The notes under the pieces are model-generated. The model had not been told where the DNA came from, searched no databases, and worked only from the letters and a program-made list of their open reading frames with translations. A stretch of DNA of 64,000 nt, from contig CM126204.1 of assembly GCA_052327205.1 (NCBI GenBank), positions 317,130,001 through 317,194,000 on the forward strand. Direction: 5' to 3'. Made by a program: the position numbers and the translations under genes. Positions 24,336 to 38,087 of this stretch are shown one piece after another (position 1 is the first letter of the stretch; each line of letters opens with the position of its first letter). This DNA comes from Somniosus microcephalus. Its lineage: Eukaryota.

Positions 24336-27300
24336 CAGGGCCATTCCATTACCTGAACTTTGGAATAGTTTTTTTAAAAATCAAATGAGATTGAATTTGG
24401 GACTAATCCTGAATCCCAGGCTTCTCACTTCATGTTGCTTTATTTAGAATTGAGAAACCATGCCATCGTAGTCCAGGACGTCACTGAGGTTAGCAATTTG
24501 GTAGTATGAGAATATTTGTCCAGCAGCAGAAAGAAATGGAATGGCATTAATACAACCTGCAAAAACTGTACGGGTGAGAAATATTAGAAGGGGAAAATAG
24601 TATATAAATAGAACAGGAGCAAAATATTAAAACCTGTCAGAATTATACTGCTTGTAATGCAACCAGCTCTAATAAAAGGAACAGAACGAAGATATAAGTT
24701 ATATTTGCCTTTCTTTGCTTCAGAAGAACAAAACCTAATTCATTCCTCTCAGTGGAGGTAGGATAGTGCTTGCAGCTGATAATAGCTTGGAATAAGAATG
24801 ACTTGCTTGAAACGGCTGGTAGAATGTTGCATCAGGCGAGGAGAGCAGGTCACATTGCAACTAAGCATGACATCACCATGTTGGTTAAAGCTGGTGTGAA
24901 ACTAAGTATGCAGCAGCGAGAGCCAGGGATTTCCATAACTCCCTGAAGCAATTCAGGGCTAATGCAATGAGTACATCAGAGAAATCACATCGGTCCTCGT
25001 TATTAACCCAACAGCGCAGCATTTCTGCATCCTCATCAATACATATAAAATTAGTTCTCCTCATTGTCTCGTAGAACGCTGCAGATGACGACTTTAAAAA
25101 AAATTAAAGTCATAAGCTATGTTTGGAGAATATATCCAGATCTTTCGAGTTGCACCCAGACTGAATTGCCCTAATTATCCATATCCAATTTAAAAAAAAA
25201 TTAATTTATATTTTATTTGTGCTCATTTATTTACTAACAGTCCCACTTCTAAATGATGATACAGAAATTACTGGTTGGCTTCGATTTGAACCTCTGAAAT
25301 TGACATGTAGATGATTAGAAATGGGATATTGCTGTTCAGATAGCCTTCATCGGAGCTTTGTGTTACAACAACTATATTTTATGAGGTCCAGAACGAGATG
25401 TACTTTAGAGCTCACAAGAACATGTTGGGTTTTTTGAAACTCCATTTCAAACTTTGAGATGTCATGCTGTTTATCTAAGAAAACCATATTAAAAGGAAGC
25501 GATAGAGTCCCAGGCTGTCTTGTAGGATTGTCAAGTAACATTTCTAGGGGGAAAAGTAGATGCATTTCACAGTAAACTAACTTAGAGGGTCAGTGATCCT
25601 TCAGGCATAGCGAGCAGTTATGGTATGCTTGTCAATAGAGCTGACAGTATCTAAAATGGCAGAGAATTGTGATTGCTGTATTCATTTAAGAAACACTGGC
25701 TTTGAAGAATTTAAGCAGTTCAAGATTGAGCAGACTATTTTCAAAGATGTTTTTCAACAGATCTACCATCTACCATCAATAGTTTGTTCCAATTTGTACC
25801 ATAGCCATTCTTTCTTCGGCTTGCAAGGAAGAGATCGGTAGACTGCTAGATTTCTTTCTTAATGTCACCCTTGTGACTCGGGAGCCACCATGCACAATCT
25901 TTGAGCCACAATGATGGTGACAAGTCAGTGATCAGATACTCCACCTAGTGGATACACTGAGAAATATCAAACCTTCATTTGTGAATTCAGTTTCTAGCTG
26001 AGTGTAAAGGTTAATGTGACACACTGTACCTAAAGCTCTCAGGAAAATATAACCCAGTTTTAAGCTGTTTTTGGCCCACTTCAGATTTAAACAAGTGAGC
26101 TTGGTTGATGAGAATCAATGTCTGAGGCATTAGCAAGACTGATCATATGTCCAGTTTGCAACCTAAATTCTCTTGGTCCTCTACATGCAATGAGTTCAAT
26201 CTGAAGTTTAGAACTAATGTTGCTTTAAAATCATAAAATATATCATGTAAATTCTTTCTTTTTTGAACTTATAAAACTGTATATTTGTTTTAGCTCTGGC
26301 TAAAAAGGGGGTTATTTTCAGTTTTGACAATGCTGAACTGCATATTAAGTACTAGCATAGTCTGGTTGTGATAAGTGGGCCTGCTGAAGGGATGTACGAT
26401 TTTAATGGTTAAGCTCTCTCTTTGTATACAACTTCTAGCATACAGTCCCTGACAAGATGGCTGCTGTGAAATCTTACCAGCTTCTTATTTCACTCGCTTG
26501 TAAACAAAACAGTTAAAAGTTTTTGCTGAACGATAGCTGCTTTCTGTGGATTTTATTCACAGATGTGAAATTTTATTGACTGCACAAAGCAAAGAATGAC
26601 AGTAATGCAAATCTAAATATAGGTTAACATGGTACTGGAGGTATTTTGCTAAAGGAGCATGCCGTTAATGGTTGTGATCACCATTGTAGAATACTATTAA
26701 CAAGCAAACACAACTGTGTTTTTTCTCTTTTTAAACATTTTTCTCTGCACAAGGACCACTTATGCTGGTACATTTTTCTTTGTGTGGCGGGGGGGGGGGG
26801 AGATTAAAGCAGTAACTAAAATTTAAAAGCTGATTCTCAGCTAGGAGTACATAAAGATTTTATTTTCATATAAATAAGTATTAACATCAAGGGTTGTCAG
26901 TGAAATAGTTAATATTCCATACTTCATCTAATGCTAAAAATAGATTGGTAGGCTTCTCCATTTTAACTGATGCCTATGAAGCGAAGCAGTCAATTACATA
27001 TATAAAATCTCTCGAATCTATTCAGGAATGACATCACCTACACCAGTTTCTGTAAAATAGATAGCTTACAAAAAATATCCTGGTCTGCAATAAATGGTTT
27101 AGTATTTTCTGTGGCAACTTAAATGTTCTTGTCTGGTAGAAGAAAGGGTTAACGATGGTTGGATTCACTGGGGATTTAAGGTCTTCTGAATATCTTTGCA
27201 GCAAGCAGCAAGGTTTCTTGGTGCCTGAACAATCTGTAACATAGGCCATTGATTTTTGGTCATTTGGTTTGGGTAATTGTTCCCTAAATGTGTATTCTTA

Positions 27301-27479
27301 CAGCACTCACACAATGGCAGGAAGCACAATTCAATGAGCACCAAAGGGGGGGGGGGGGGTGAGGTGAGGGGAGGGGAGGGGGGGGTGCTTCAGTTTAGTT
27401 CTGTACTCAGCTTTTCAGCCATCTGTTGGTTCCCCCTTGCAGCTAAGCAGACAGATCTGTCAGTTGTTCTATTTCAAAT

Positions 27480-28281
27480 CAGCCTTTCCTTTGTCCCTCT
27501 TAGTAACTGCACAGCCAATCAGCCTGTGCCTGTCAGGAGCTGCTGAGAGGGGGTTGGTTAAGACTGTGGCACGGTGCACTTGAGCAGCCTCTGAAAAGCA
27601 GACAAAGACGCAGATCCTGAGTTTGGCAGCAGTTGGAGTAATCTTATTCTCATTTGCTGTGTAATTCAGAGCTTGCGTGCAGCAGAGCACCAGCCCTTGG
27701 CAGGCAACCAAGATTGGGCTGTACCACAGCTCGCTTCATCGAAGGGGAGGAGGAGGAGGAGGAGGGGGGAAAGGAAATGACAACGGAGGAAGCTTAAGTA
27801 CATGTGCTTTATGTGCATGTAAACATTTGTTTAAAAAAAATATCGAGCAGAAATAATAAACGGACGGCAAGGTCGGACCTTTTGCATTGATTGTTTTGCG
27901 AGATAGTCATCTCTTTTAAAAAAAAAGAAATGGTTTTATTTCAAAGGGAAGAATGGTGTTGACCCCCCTGCCTGTCCCCCTGCCTGCAGTTGGCACCGCC
28001 TTATGATGTGAAAGGTTACTGGTCAGCCCCTTGAGCTCTTAAAATGAAGTCTAGGCTCTGTTTTAAGTAAGCCCAGAATCGTAGAGCTGGTTTCTACATT
28101 CATCCCATGACTGTTAATTTTTTTTCTTGAAACCAGGAGCCTTTAAACTCAGCACTAACAGCAACAAAAAGATTTTTTTTTGTTGAAGAGCACATCTGAA
28201 GCAGGGATTCAGAAATACTGTAACGTGTAAGCTGTATGATAGCATTTTATAAAAAAAGAAAATATTAATACTGCGTAGACA
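27480..28281 (+). promoter_or_regulatory. pik3r3: Probable promoter and 5'UTR of the p55gamma first exon
   Basis: CCAAT box in an NF-Y-like context (CAGCCAATCAGC, CCAAT at 27515-27519); no recognisable transposon directly upstream of ATG 28282. TSS position is inferred only. Confidence 0.45.
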
Positions 28282-28387
28282 ATGTACAACACAGTTTGGA
28301 ATATGGACAAATCTGATGCAGACTGGAGAGAAGTGATGATGCCCTATTCAACAGAGCTAATATTCTACATTGAAATGGACCCTCCAG
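28282..28387 (+). CDS. pik3r3: PI3K regulatory subunit gamma (p55gamma), coding exon 1
   Basis: Translates [35 protein letters not shown], the p55gamma-specific N-terminus with its YIEM motif; 106 nt, phase-1 donor CAG|GTAACA. Confidence 0.97.
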
Positions 28388-31300
28388 GTAACACAAGTCT
28401 TCATATTTTACCTTGGTCTGTTTATTCTCTCTCTCATTCTTTAGCTACTTAAAGCCTTAGTTTGTTGGGGTTTGCTCCCCCTCTTTGTTCCTTTGTGTTT
28501 TCACTGGTCTGTGCAGAGCCTTTGCAGCTTACTGTCCTATTGCTGGTCAGGCCTGTTCCCCATTTATTCTTCAGAGCATTACATTGATTTTATCTTTTAT
28601 TCGTTGGAAAAGCTTTTGGCATATTGAACGTTGAAATCACGCTAGCACTGACACTTTTTTCTGAAAAGCACCCAATGTTTAATGAATATTCATACTGGAA
28701 TTAATATATCTGCTGTTTGAAACTTTATAAAGAAGGACTTCAATATTGAATTTATTTTGAGTGTCTCTGAATTGAGACAGTCGTCAAAGGGGATATTTTA
28801 GTCGCATTCCTACATTTTCATGTCTTTAAAAAAACTTTTGAATGGTAAAAGCTGGTCTCTGTAGAATGGCAGCAATCCTGTTATCATAGCCAGGAGAGGG
28901 AAAGTTTTGCATGCAAGGGAGTTGTGTGAATAGCATAGGCGATAAGAGCTCTTTGTAGGCCATGTCAGCCCTGCAGATAGAATAAAAAGAAGCTGCTTCC
29001 TGGGACCTGAGCAGTATTTCTAAAGTCTAATATTGCCCTATTTCATTTTTTTTTGGAGAAGAAGAAGTAGGGGGGAAATTGAGAGTCTGATGTATTGCAA
29101 AGATCTGAAGAATTTTGTAAAAGATTAGGAATGCTCTCTACTGCATTCTCAGGGCATATTTAGAAAAAATGCGTAATAATCAACATTGACCCTTGCAATG
29201 TTGTGGTTTTGCTTTTTGACAATGTGATATAGTGTTAAGTTTACAATGTCGCTGTTCACGGAATTTTTGATTGAAAAAGAGTATGTAATTTGATTTGTCT
29301 CTTAAGAATTTTGCCATCAGAATATCCAATTTGTAGGCAGTCTGGGCCGGAATGGTGTAATTTTGAACGTTTCCAAGGGAATCTGGTCCTTTTGGAGTTA
29401 ATAATGAAAAGATAAAAGTTTAATACTGCTCTTTTTAAAAAAAAAGGAAACTGCTGACTTTTAAACAAAGAGTCCCAGCAGATTAGGAGACAATGGGAGT
29501 GTGAGGATCTAACCGTGTTCAGATAGGGATTGGGGGCAATGGTGTTGGGTGGGGGGAGGGGAGGAGCTTCTGCAGATGTTTCATTTTTAATATTTATTGA
29601 AGAGAAACATGATTCTCCTTGAACTTGGTGTCATTTCTGTTGGAAGCTAGCTGTAGTGTGCTTTATGAGCTTTGAATACATAATCGGTGTGTGAACTCAG
29701 CACTGCCCTGATCCACTGGCCAGCCTCTTCCCAGCAGAGTGCTACACAGACCATGAAATCCTGCTAGCCTGGTGACTTTCTGGATGTGATTGTAATGATA
29801 AGAGTTTGGCCAGACTCTCTCTTTTTTTTTCTCCCCCCCCCCCCCCCCCTCTTTCTGGCTGCTGCTCCCTTTGGATCACCGGAGATCGCTTTGCAATGTC
29901 TAGGGATTCTTAGGTGAGATTACAGAGACAACAGCTATTTATGCAACCAGCCATTTTAACTTTTATTTTATACTTGGTGATTTAATGCAGCAGATGTATT
30001 GAGAGCAATATAAAAATAGTTGATGTACACTTTTTTAAAGGAATGCATTGCCTAGTAATCCTTTCAATACCAACAGCCCTGGTTTGCAGTCTTGCCCCTG
30101 AGCATTTTGTGTCAACTAACGTCTGCAAATATATTTGTTAAAGCATCAATATTGATCTAAGTGAATGAAAATAAGGAGCATGATGTGTTTCTTGTAAAAA
30201 AAAATTAAACCCACAGTACCGTTTGGGGACTGGTGCTGTAATGCTGGCTGGCATATCATTTGCATTCTGAAGATGATGTTCAGCCATCACCGCGTCCTTG
30301 CAAATGATGTCACCTCGATTTGAGAAGACAATAGCACACAGAGCAGAACTCTTGCAAAAGTCAGGAATATTTACTTTATATTTCTCCAAAACCTCTGCAA
30401 GAGTGAAAAGTAGCTATGCAATTGCAACAATGGCCTATTTGTTCCCACTATTTTTATCTGCATACTGTTACCAGATCCATAGCAATAGGAATTAACACTA
30501 CCTATATTGTATTTTTCCGGCCTTCACATCCTGATGGGACTCGGCCATGTACATTATGCAGCTAAGATTACACAGCCACTAAAGCGGGGGGGGGTCATGT
30601 CTCAGCCCCCTGATAATGTCACAGCAGCAAGCCTCCTTAAAGCAGCTGAGCTTTGTACTAATGTTCTGTCAGGGTGCTGCTTAACTGCACTGCTGCAGTT
30701 GATTCTCTTTTGCCAATCCTGGTGATTGACTTGTTAAATTACCAAGTCCTACATGGAAGGCCATGGCACAGAAAGTACAATACAGAATACATTGCTAGCA
30801 CCTTGTAAAATTCTTAATAGAATTTTGAAACAAATCTCACTGAATGCTTGTAATACTGTAGTATTTCATGTATTTGTCATTTGGCAAAATACACCTTCAT
30901 TGTACACGTTAAAATATCGCTTTTTTTATTACACAATACCATGATGGGGCAGCCTTCCTATATTTTAATCTTTCAGTATATATTAATATAAACAAGGATT
31001 ATTTGTAGCAGCAATTACTAATGTTAATAAAAAAAAACAATTTTTAATGGCAAAGGGCATCCTATATTTCATCTGTGAAGATCAATATAGCGATGCAATA
31101 GCATATACAAGCAATGACACATTAGCAGCTCTGGTAGCACATTAACTTATGTCCGAACTGTTAGTGTCTCCGAGAATTAATCAATTATGCAATTTAGCTT
31201 TGTTTCTACGTGAATGTTCATCTGTATATACTGTTAAAGCAGAAAGGATGCTTGACTGTGATTGCAGCAGCAGTATTGTCAAACATCCCTTCCAAACAGA

Positions 31301-33730
31301 AGCCGTTCCAGTTATACAGATACGGAGGCCTCAGCAGGGTTTAAGCTCCCGTTAGCTTAACAGTCAACTGCTTGCCACATATATTTTGGCAAATAATTAT
31401 CTATCCACAAATAAGAAGGCTCAGGACTTGAGATATATATGTCTATTGAAAGCACTTTGCCCACAGATTGAGTTTAGCTGTAGTCTAACCTGTGTAAAAT
31501 AACCAAACTGTTAAAATTCAATACTACAAATTATGTTCCCTGCTTCTGCAAATTTGCTACCCTCCTTGCTTCTCTTTCTCTTTTCCGCCCCCCCCCCCCC
31601 CCCAACTTCAATTTTTCCCAACTTTGAAAATATTGATCCAAAACACAATCGTCCAGCTAATTCAAACAGAACAATGCCAGCTTGTGGGGTGGTGAGGACT
31701 CTGCTTTACTATATGATGACAGCTGCAGCAGAATAGGACTGGCACTTTTCATGCTTCGAGGGTGTAACCAAGAAGCTATGTGCCAGGAAAGGCCCATCCT
31801 CGGAACAGCTGATCACAAGGGCTCTGCTGGATTAAGCCAGGCGGATAGCTACTGCTAGCAAGAATGAACTATCTTGGGGTGACTGCCGGTCACACAGTAT
31901 ATGTTCCATCAGCTCTTCTGTAGGTCTTGAGTCATATATTATGATATTCTTTGTGCATTTCCTGTGTTAGGCTCATAATGATTGTATGACTGACAACTTT
32001 CTCTTGATGGAATTGCAGTAAATATCCAGGAATTCTAAATTAGATGGTAAAAGTGGAATGATACTGAGGAGTTTTTTTTTGTGTTAAACAAGTGTAATTG
32101 TGACGGACTGTGGAGAATTGGGGTTCGTATAAGAACAGCCAATTATTCTGAAGTGAGGGGGGGGAAAGGAAAATGCTGGAGATCTGACCATGTATTTTGT
32201 AATGATTCAGACATGGGAGAATAGAGTATCTTCTGCATTGTTTTACCAATATGCCAAGGATTGGAGCAGTAAATCAAGCCTGGAACAATTCGGGGTACTG
32301 GGATCTAACTTGATCTGTTACAGATGAACAGAATTTTTGGTGGTGATGCAAGGATTTTTAGAATAATTGGACCGATTGGTATACCAATCGACCCAACCTG
32401 TAGCAGTAACTATTCTAGAGAAAGTAATGGGAGTTGAGGCAGACTAAATTTAGTTTATAAACTATATAGCCCTGTGACTCAGCCCTTTTAAAGTAAATTC
32501 AATTTAGAAATCTCCATTTATGTAAACATAAATGATGTAAACATTTCAGGTCTGAAAAATGTTAATGGTTTTGCATTTGAAGTCAACCTCTTTAAACTTT
32601 TTTTCCCTGACTGATGTTCTTCACTGTTTATAGACCTCAGAACAGTGTCCCTTTTGCTAATGTCAATGGATAAGATAGTTATAAGAAAATGAATAAAAGG
32701 GCAGGAAACCCACAATAGAAATCCAGTCCTTCATTAGCTTTCTCAGAATAAAAGTGAAAATTATGGAATGCCTTCCTATGCTTTCTCCATGCCAGTGTAG
32801 CTGCACCATTTGGAAAAAATACTGTCCATTAAAAATCCAATGTTACTGAATCCTTCTGTTGTGAAAGAGTTGAACAAAAAGCTGGTTTAAGTAATGTTTT
32901 ACACTTTAAATGTTTACTATATGCTTACAATTGCAATTTAGTGCATACTACCAAATTGAGAGTGAAGATGAAAATGATTCAAATGGCCTCCTGTGCTGTT
33001 CTATTCTATGATTAAACAATGTGTAATGTCCCATCTGTAGTACATTTCCAGAGAAGCTGACTTGCTTCTTCATTCAAATTACGTAATTATCAACTGAAAC
33101 TCCTGCATAATTGAGATATTTGGGTTTGTTTTACATTTGTGATTTGTGCCAAACTACATTTGTACCAAGTGATAACACAAATGCAGACATGTGGCTGTTT
33201 TTCTTTGTTACAGTAGCACTGTATACTTAAGGCAGAAATTGGATCATAATTTTAGATTATTCTTCTGGTGAGAAGAACCATATCTATTGATGGATTAGTA
33301 CTGTATTCCCAAACAGTAGGGCAGTACAGCTGATGGGATAATATTTTTCCTATTGCCAGTAATAGTTGTGGGGGAGGGAAGGGAAGCGGTGGCAAGAAGG
33401 GTCGCTACTATTAAGCCATGTAAAATTGGTCTCATCAATTTATTTTTTCAAATACACAGTGATTATTTCCAATTGCACTGCAGATGGCTTGTCTGAATTG
33501 TCTTTTTTAGGTGCTCAGCTGCTGGTTAACAAAAACCCTCAGCCAACGGTTTAAAGGGAAATAGTTGGGATAGATTGAAGGTAAAAGTGTTGATGGATAG
33601 GCCCCTACCTGAGTGAAGCAAAACCGTATTACGTGATGGGTTATTGAAGTTTACAAATTCTATTTCAGAGAGACTGATCTAGTTCCAAACATTAACTTTG
33701 TATGGAGTGAAGGACGGCTTCTGTCTTTCC

Positions 33731-33769
<39 letters not shown>
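33731..33769 (+). repeat. (CA)n(GA)n compound microsatellite
   Basis: Read directly from the sequence. Confidence 0.95.
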
Positions 33770-33774
<5 letters not shown>

Positions 33775-36700
33775 TGTTCCCAATATCTGCTGCTTGCTGT
33801 AATGCACTTGCACTTTATTAGTATCCTCCGCAACGTCAGAAACATACCATCCTCGGGCAGCACTCTGATTGGCTGGAACACTGTCTCCATTCAAAAGGTT
33901 AATACTGCCAGCAGCTTCTGATATAGGGCTTAAAATTCAGCAAAAGCCGAGTTCAGCCTCATTAGCAAGCATGATACCAAGGAGTGAATCCGGCACAAAT
34001 AAAGGAACTGACAATGCGTGAAGTAGATATACTGCACTTAGTAATGCACGCCAGCCTCCTATCAGAAACATTTGCCACACACGGTAAGGCAGTAAAGATG
34101 TAACATTCTGAAATATATCGATTTTTAAATAGAGAATACCAGTTGGAGGGCACATTACAAAGGGATAGGGGTTCAAACTTTAAAATTGACTGTTGAAAAC
34201 TGAAAACATAAGCATGCAATTTATTGCTACCAATATTGCTTGTTCTGCTTAAATAAGAATGTTACCAAAATAATTACCCTTCTTCTTAGTGAGTGTTCCT
34301 TGTATTAAAAGTAAATAATTAGTACCAAGATTATACAGACTTTAAATAAAGATGTTTTGTAACGGGCGTCCTTCTTCATTTTCCAATGTGGCTACCTCTC
34401 CGCTCAGTGATGCAGTCAACTCAGTACAGTTTCTTGCATGTCAGATCAGCCACATAATTCCCACACTGCCTCATTTTAACCAGCATTGTGAGAGCGGTGT
34501 TAAATTATGTAATATTGAAATGATGATTGTTGGGTTAAACCTCAAAAGTACAGTTTGTGAGGAGTGGTTCTGGAAGCCACCTCTGGGCATTCTTCGGAAA
34601 CCTGATGCTGTTTTCAGATAGTGGGCCTGCCGCTCATTTTCCTTCTGGAGTATTTAAACTTTTATTTCTGTTACTACAGATGGGCTGTTGGATATATTTA
34701 TTTTAAAAGGGTATTACTGGTTTAAATTGAGCCAATGTTAATATTTGGTATGTTTTTGAAGGTTTGCAGGTATATTTTGACTGACAAACCATCGTGAGCT
34801 TTGAACAGGAATTCACAATGACATATATAGGCATGTTTTATAGCAAATTCTGGTGCACCTTTTTAACTGTAAATGCAAATATTTATAACATTAAAGTATT
34901 TCACACTGTTCCATTCATTGTAACCAGCTGTATTTTGGGGCAAAGCTTTAAAAGATATAACATAGCTAGTTGTGTATGGTTGAAGTAGCTAGGAGTGTGA
35001 TGAAATATGAATCTCACAAATATATAGGTTAACTTTTTGTAAGAAATCCCTATTCACAAGTTTTACATCTAGAGTCAGAGCAGACTATTCATCAAAGAAT
35101 GGACTTTGCCATGTCAGCTGTGATAAACATTTAGGTTTTAAAGAGGATGTGCCTTTTGCAGTGACTACACCAGTAAGTCCTGTCCCTGGGGTATGTCCAG
35201 GATCCTTACTTTTTGGGAAGAATTGAAGCACCGCCATCGACCATCTTTGACTGTACCATATCCAGCCCATAATTGTAGTAATAGCCCAGGGTGTGTGTGC
35301 CGTAACCAAACTGTGACCCCACCCTGCTGACGCCAGTAACCTTTAAACAGTGGAAAAAGACCTTTTGTCGAATTCACCCGCGTGGAAGACTGTCCACTCC
35401 TGAAGCAGTCCCCAAAAGGCATGTGGAGGTTTAGGGAACGGAGTAAAGTGTTGCCAAACAGAAAATAGACACAAGTGGTTCTGGGTAGTGTGATCAATCC
35501 AGGCAGAGTTTCTGTCTCATTTTGTTTTAGGGGAAAAAGTGCATTTGTTTTGTCTGTCATGGAGCTAAACTCTTATCTAATGAAAGATTTGGAACAAAGC
35601 CAAATTAGTTTCCCCCCCACCACCGCAATAGAATTTACTCACTTGGTATTTTCAGTGGTTACAATAGTGCGTGCGTTCAATGGTCTGGGACTGGTTGACT
35701 TGTGGTGAATCTGAACAGATGGGCTGCCAGTTCACTTGTACCTGCTTTAAAAATGTGCACAGTTCCTCCATTTGAGATGCCTCCTCTGAGCAGGCTATCA
35801 TAGCAGATGTAGTCTTCCTATTTAGTTTGTGCGATGCAGTTTGTAAAAAAATAAAAAAGTTTGACTGAAGACAGATCCAGTTAAAGCAAGTGTTGCTGGG
35901 GTCTTGTTTCAACACAGTAACATGAGCGGCCAAGCCCAAGGCTTATGCTCACCTGCACATGTCTAATCCATCTGTTGAAGTATAGGGATGTTTGCGAAGT
36001 GTATATCCCCCTTTTAGAGCAAACTTAACGTTGACGCAAATTGAAAATCTTCAAAATTTGAATATTTCAAATTGTTCAGTAACGATGTTGTTCAGTAACA
36101 TTTGTTGAGAAATGGTGAAGCACCTTTCAGATTCCTCACTGCAAATCCAGTTAAGCCCAAGATTGCAATGACAGGAACATGGAAGGCACCTTTTGACCCA
36201 AAACCTTTTGAACTGGTGAGCTTGCCAAGAGAACATCTTCCTGGTGGCTGGCGGTTTAAAGCATTGAGCAAAATAGTATTTGCATTTGATATTCAATAAT
36301 GTTTTTTTTGATGGAGACACTGTCACAGCTGCACAAAATACATTTTGTATTTGTGTACACACCTCTTTAAACTTGTGGCATTCAAATTTTTAGAATCTTT
36401 GTACCCAATGCCCTTATGATCCTTTGTCCTCTTTGCAGCTAAAGAGGAATAAATAAAGCATTTACCATGCAAGAAGCTAAATGGGGTGGGTGGAAATAAT
36501 GACCATCCTGTGTTCATTTTGCATCAAAAGCCACAATAAACTTCTCTTGAATTTTAAATGTCCTGATGTTCCATTTATGCATGGGTAGGCACGAAACCGT
36601 TGCTTTCTAGAAAATTGACTGCATTCACTTATTGAACTGTGTATAAAAATGCAATTATTACAAACATTCTCAAATCGGGTGATCCCAGCCCATAATACTT

Positions 36701-38087
36701 GATTTTAGAATTCTTCCCCTTCCAATTTTTTGTGTGTTGTTCAATAACCCTGATAGTGATTAAAGGGGACACTTCAAGATAGACATTCTACCATCTGAGG
36801 TTTTAATGGTAAAGTGGCATGATATTGTCTTGTAATGTTTCTCTTCACCCTTTCTTACAAAATAGTTAAATCAAAAGCCTTTGGCCGACATTTTAAATAA
36901 TTGCCCAAGTATTTTTCCGGAATTACGTGCTGGTCTATAGTGTCATCTGATTACGAGCTTAAGAGCAGTAATCTGTGTAGGATTGTGTTCCAAAGTAACA
37001 CGTAGATTATTTAAATGAGCTCCTAGCTGGATGTCCTCTCGTATCCTTTTTGAAATCCGAGGAAATGCTGCAATGAAAATTTTTTTTAATGAATAAAATG
37101 GATAGAAATAGCGTAACAACTGACAGATTACATTATGGTGAACGACATAATGGGAAAGTTAAGCCTGAAGTATCCTATAGAAAGCACAAATTCTGCGTTC
37201 ACATTGCATCAGCAAAAATGATTAATTGTGCAGCTCAATATATGTAGTTTAAGAATCTGTAACCATAGCAATTGCCAAACTAAACTGACGGCACACAGTT
37301 CTATTGGACAGCATAGCTGGAGAGTAATTATAGCTTTTAGATCCAATAATCAAAAGACTTGGTAATTAGACTTAAAAAAAAAAAAGCATTATATCATAAA
37401 ATGGCAAGTTTTTAAATTGAATTGTTTGACTCTTCTGTACATTAAGGGTGTATTTGGTTAGTAGTAATTGTTGCGTGGGTTTAATGAATTAAAAGTTATG
37501 GGGGGGGGTGGGGGGAGTTGCTATCTAGTAAGATGGAAAGTTCAGAATGTCAACTTTGCAAGACTGACTTTTTTGGATTAAACCAAAGTTTTGATCTGAT
37601 TTAGAATCTCTTGTCCTGCATAAGGTATTAGTGTTTGAATAAATACTAAATTTAAAAACACAAAAAATGGTGGAAATGAACATTGACATCTGAAAGAGAA
37701 AGGTTGCTTTGGGTTAATTTTATTCAAATGAAAGGTAGGAAACAAAACTAACCCATGTTTCTATTTTGGAAGATGAGTCTTTCTAGCTGTTCTTACTTGA
37801 GACTTTTTTTAATCTGGAAGAATTATTAGGTAGCAAGATAGAAATTCAAAAATCATCCACTTAAATATAGTTGATAGAACAATGTCAAGGGACTTCCTCC
37901 ATTTTCTTAGCCTTACCATAAATCTGAGGTGAAGCTGCCTTTGCTTTGTAAGTGAGATTCAAAAATCTGCTGTAATCTATGGGAAATTTTGGGGAGTTTT
38001 CCTAGTGGGGTGGAATGAATTCAATGTCCTGTGAAATATTTATCATTTGTATGTGGGGAAACGCTAGTATAAAGGAACTTTTTTTTG

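Noticed and set aside
1-28281. SH3/RhoGAP exons of a p85-like long pik3r3 isoform
   Set aside because: No matching peptide was recognised by eye; if such exons exist they lie upstream of the window or need tblastn to detect.
35100-35180. GTAAGT donor at about 35173 as another first exon
   Set aside because: The phase-1 frame meets an upstream TAA before any ATG; the donor at about 37948 fails the same way at a TAG.
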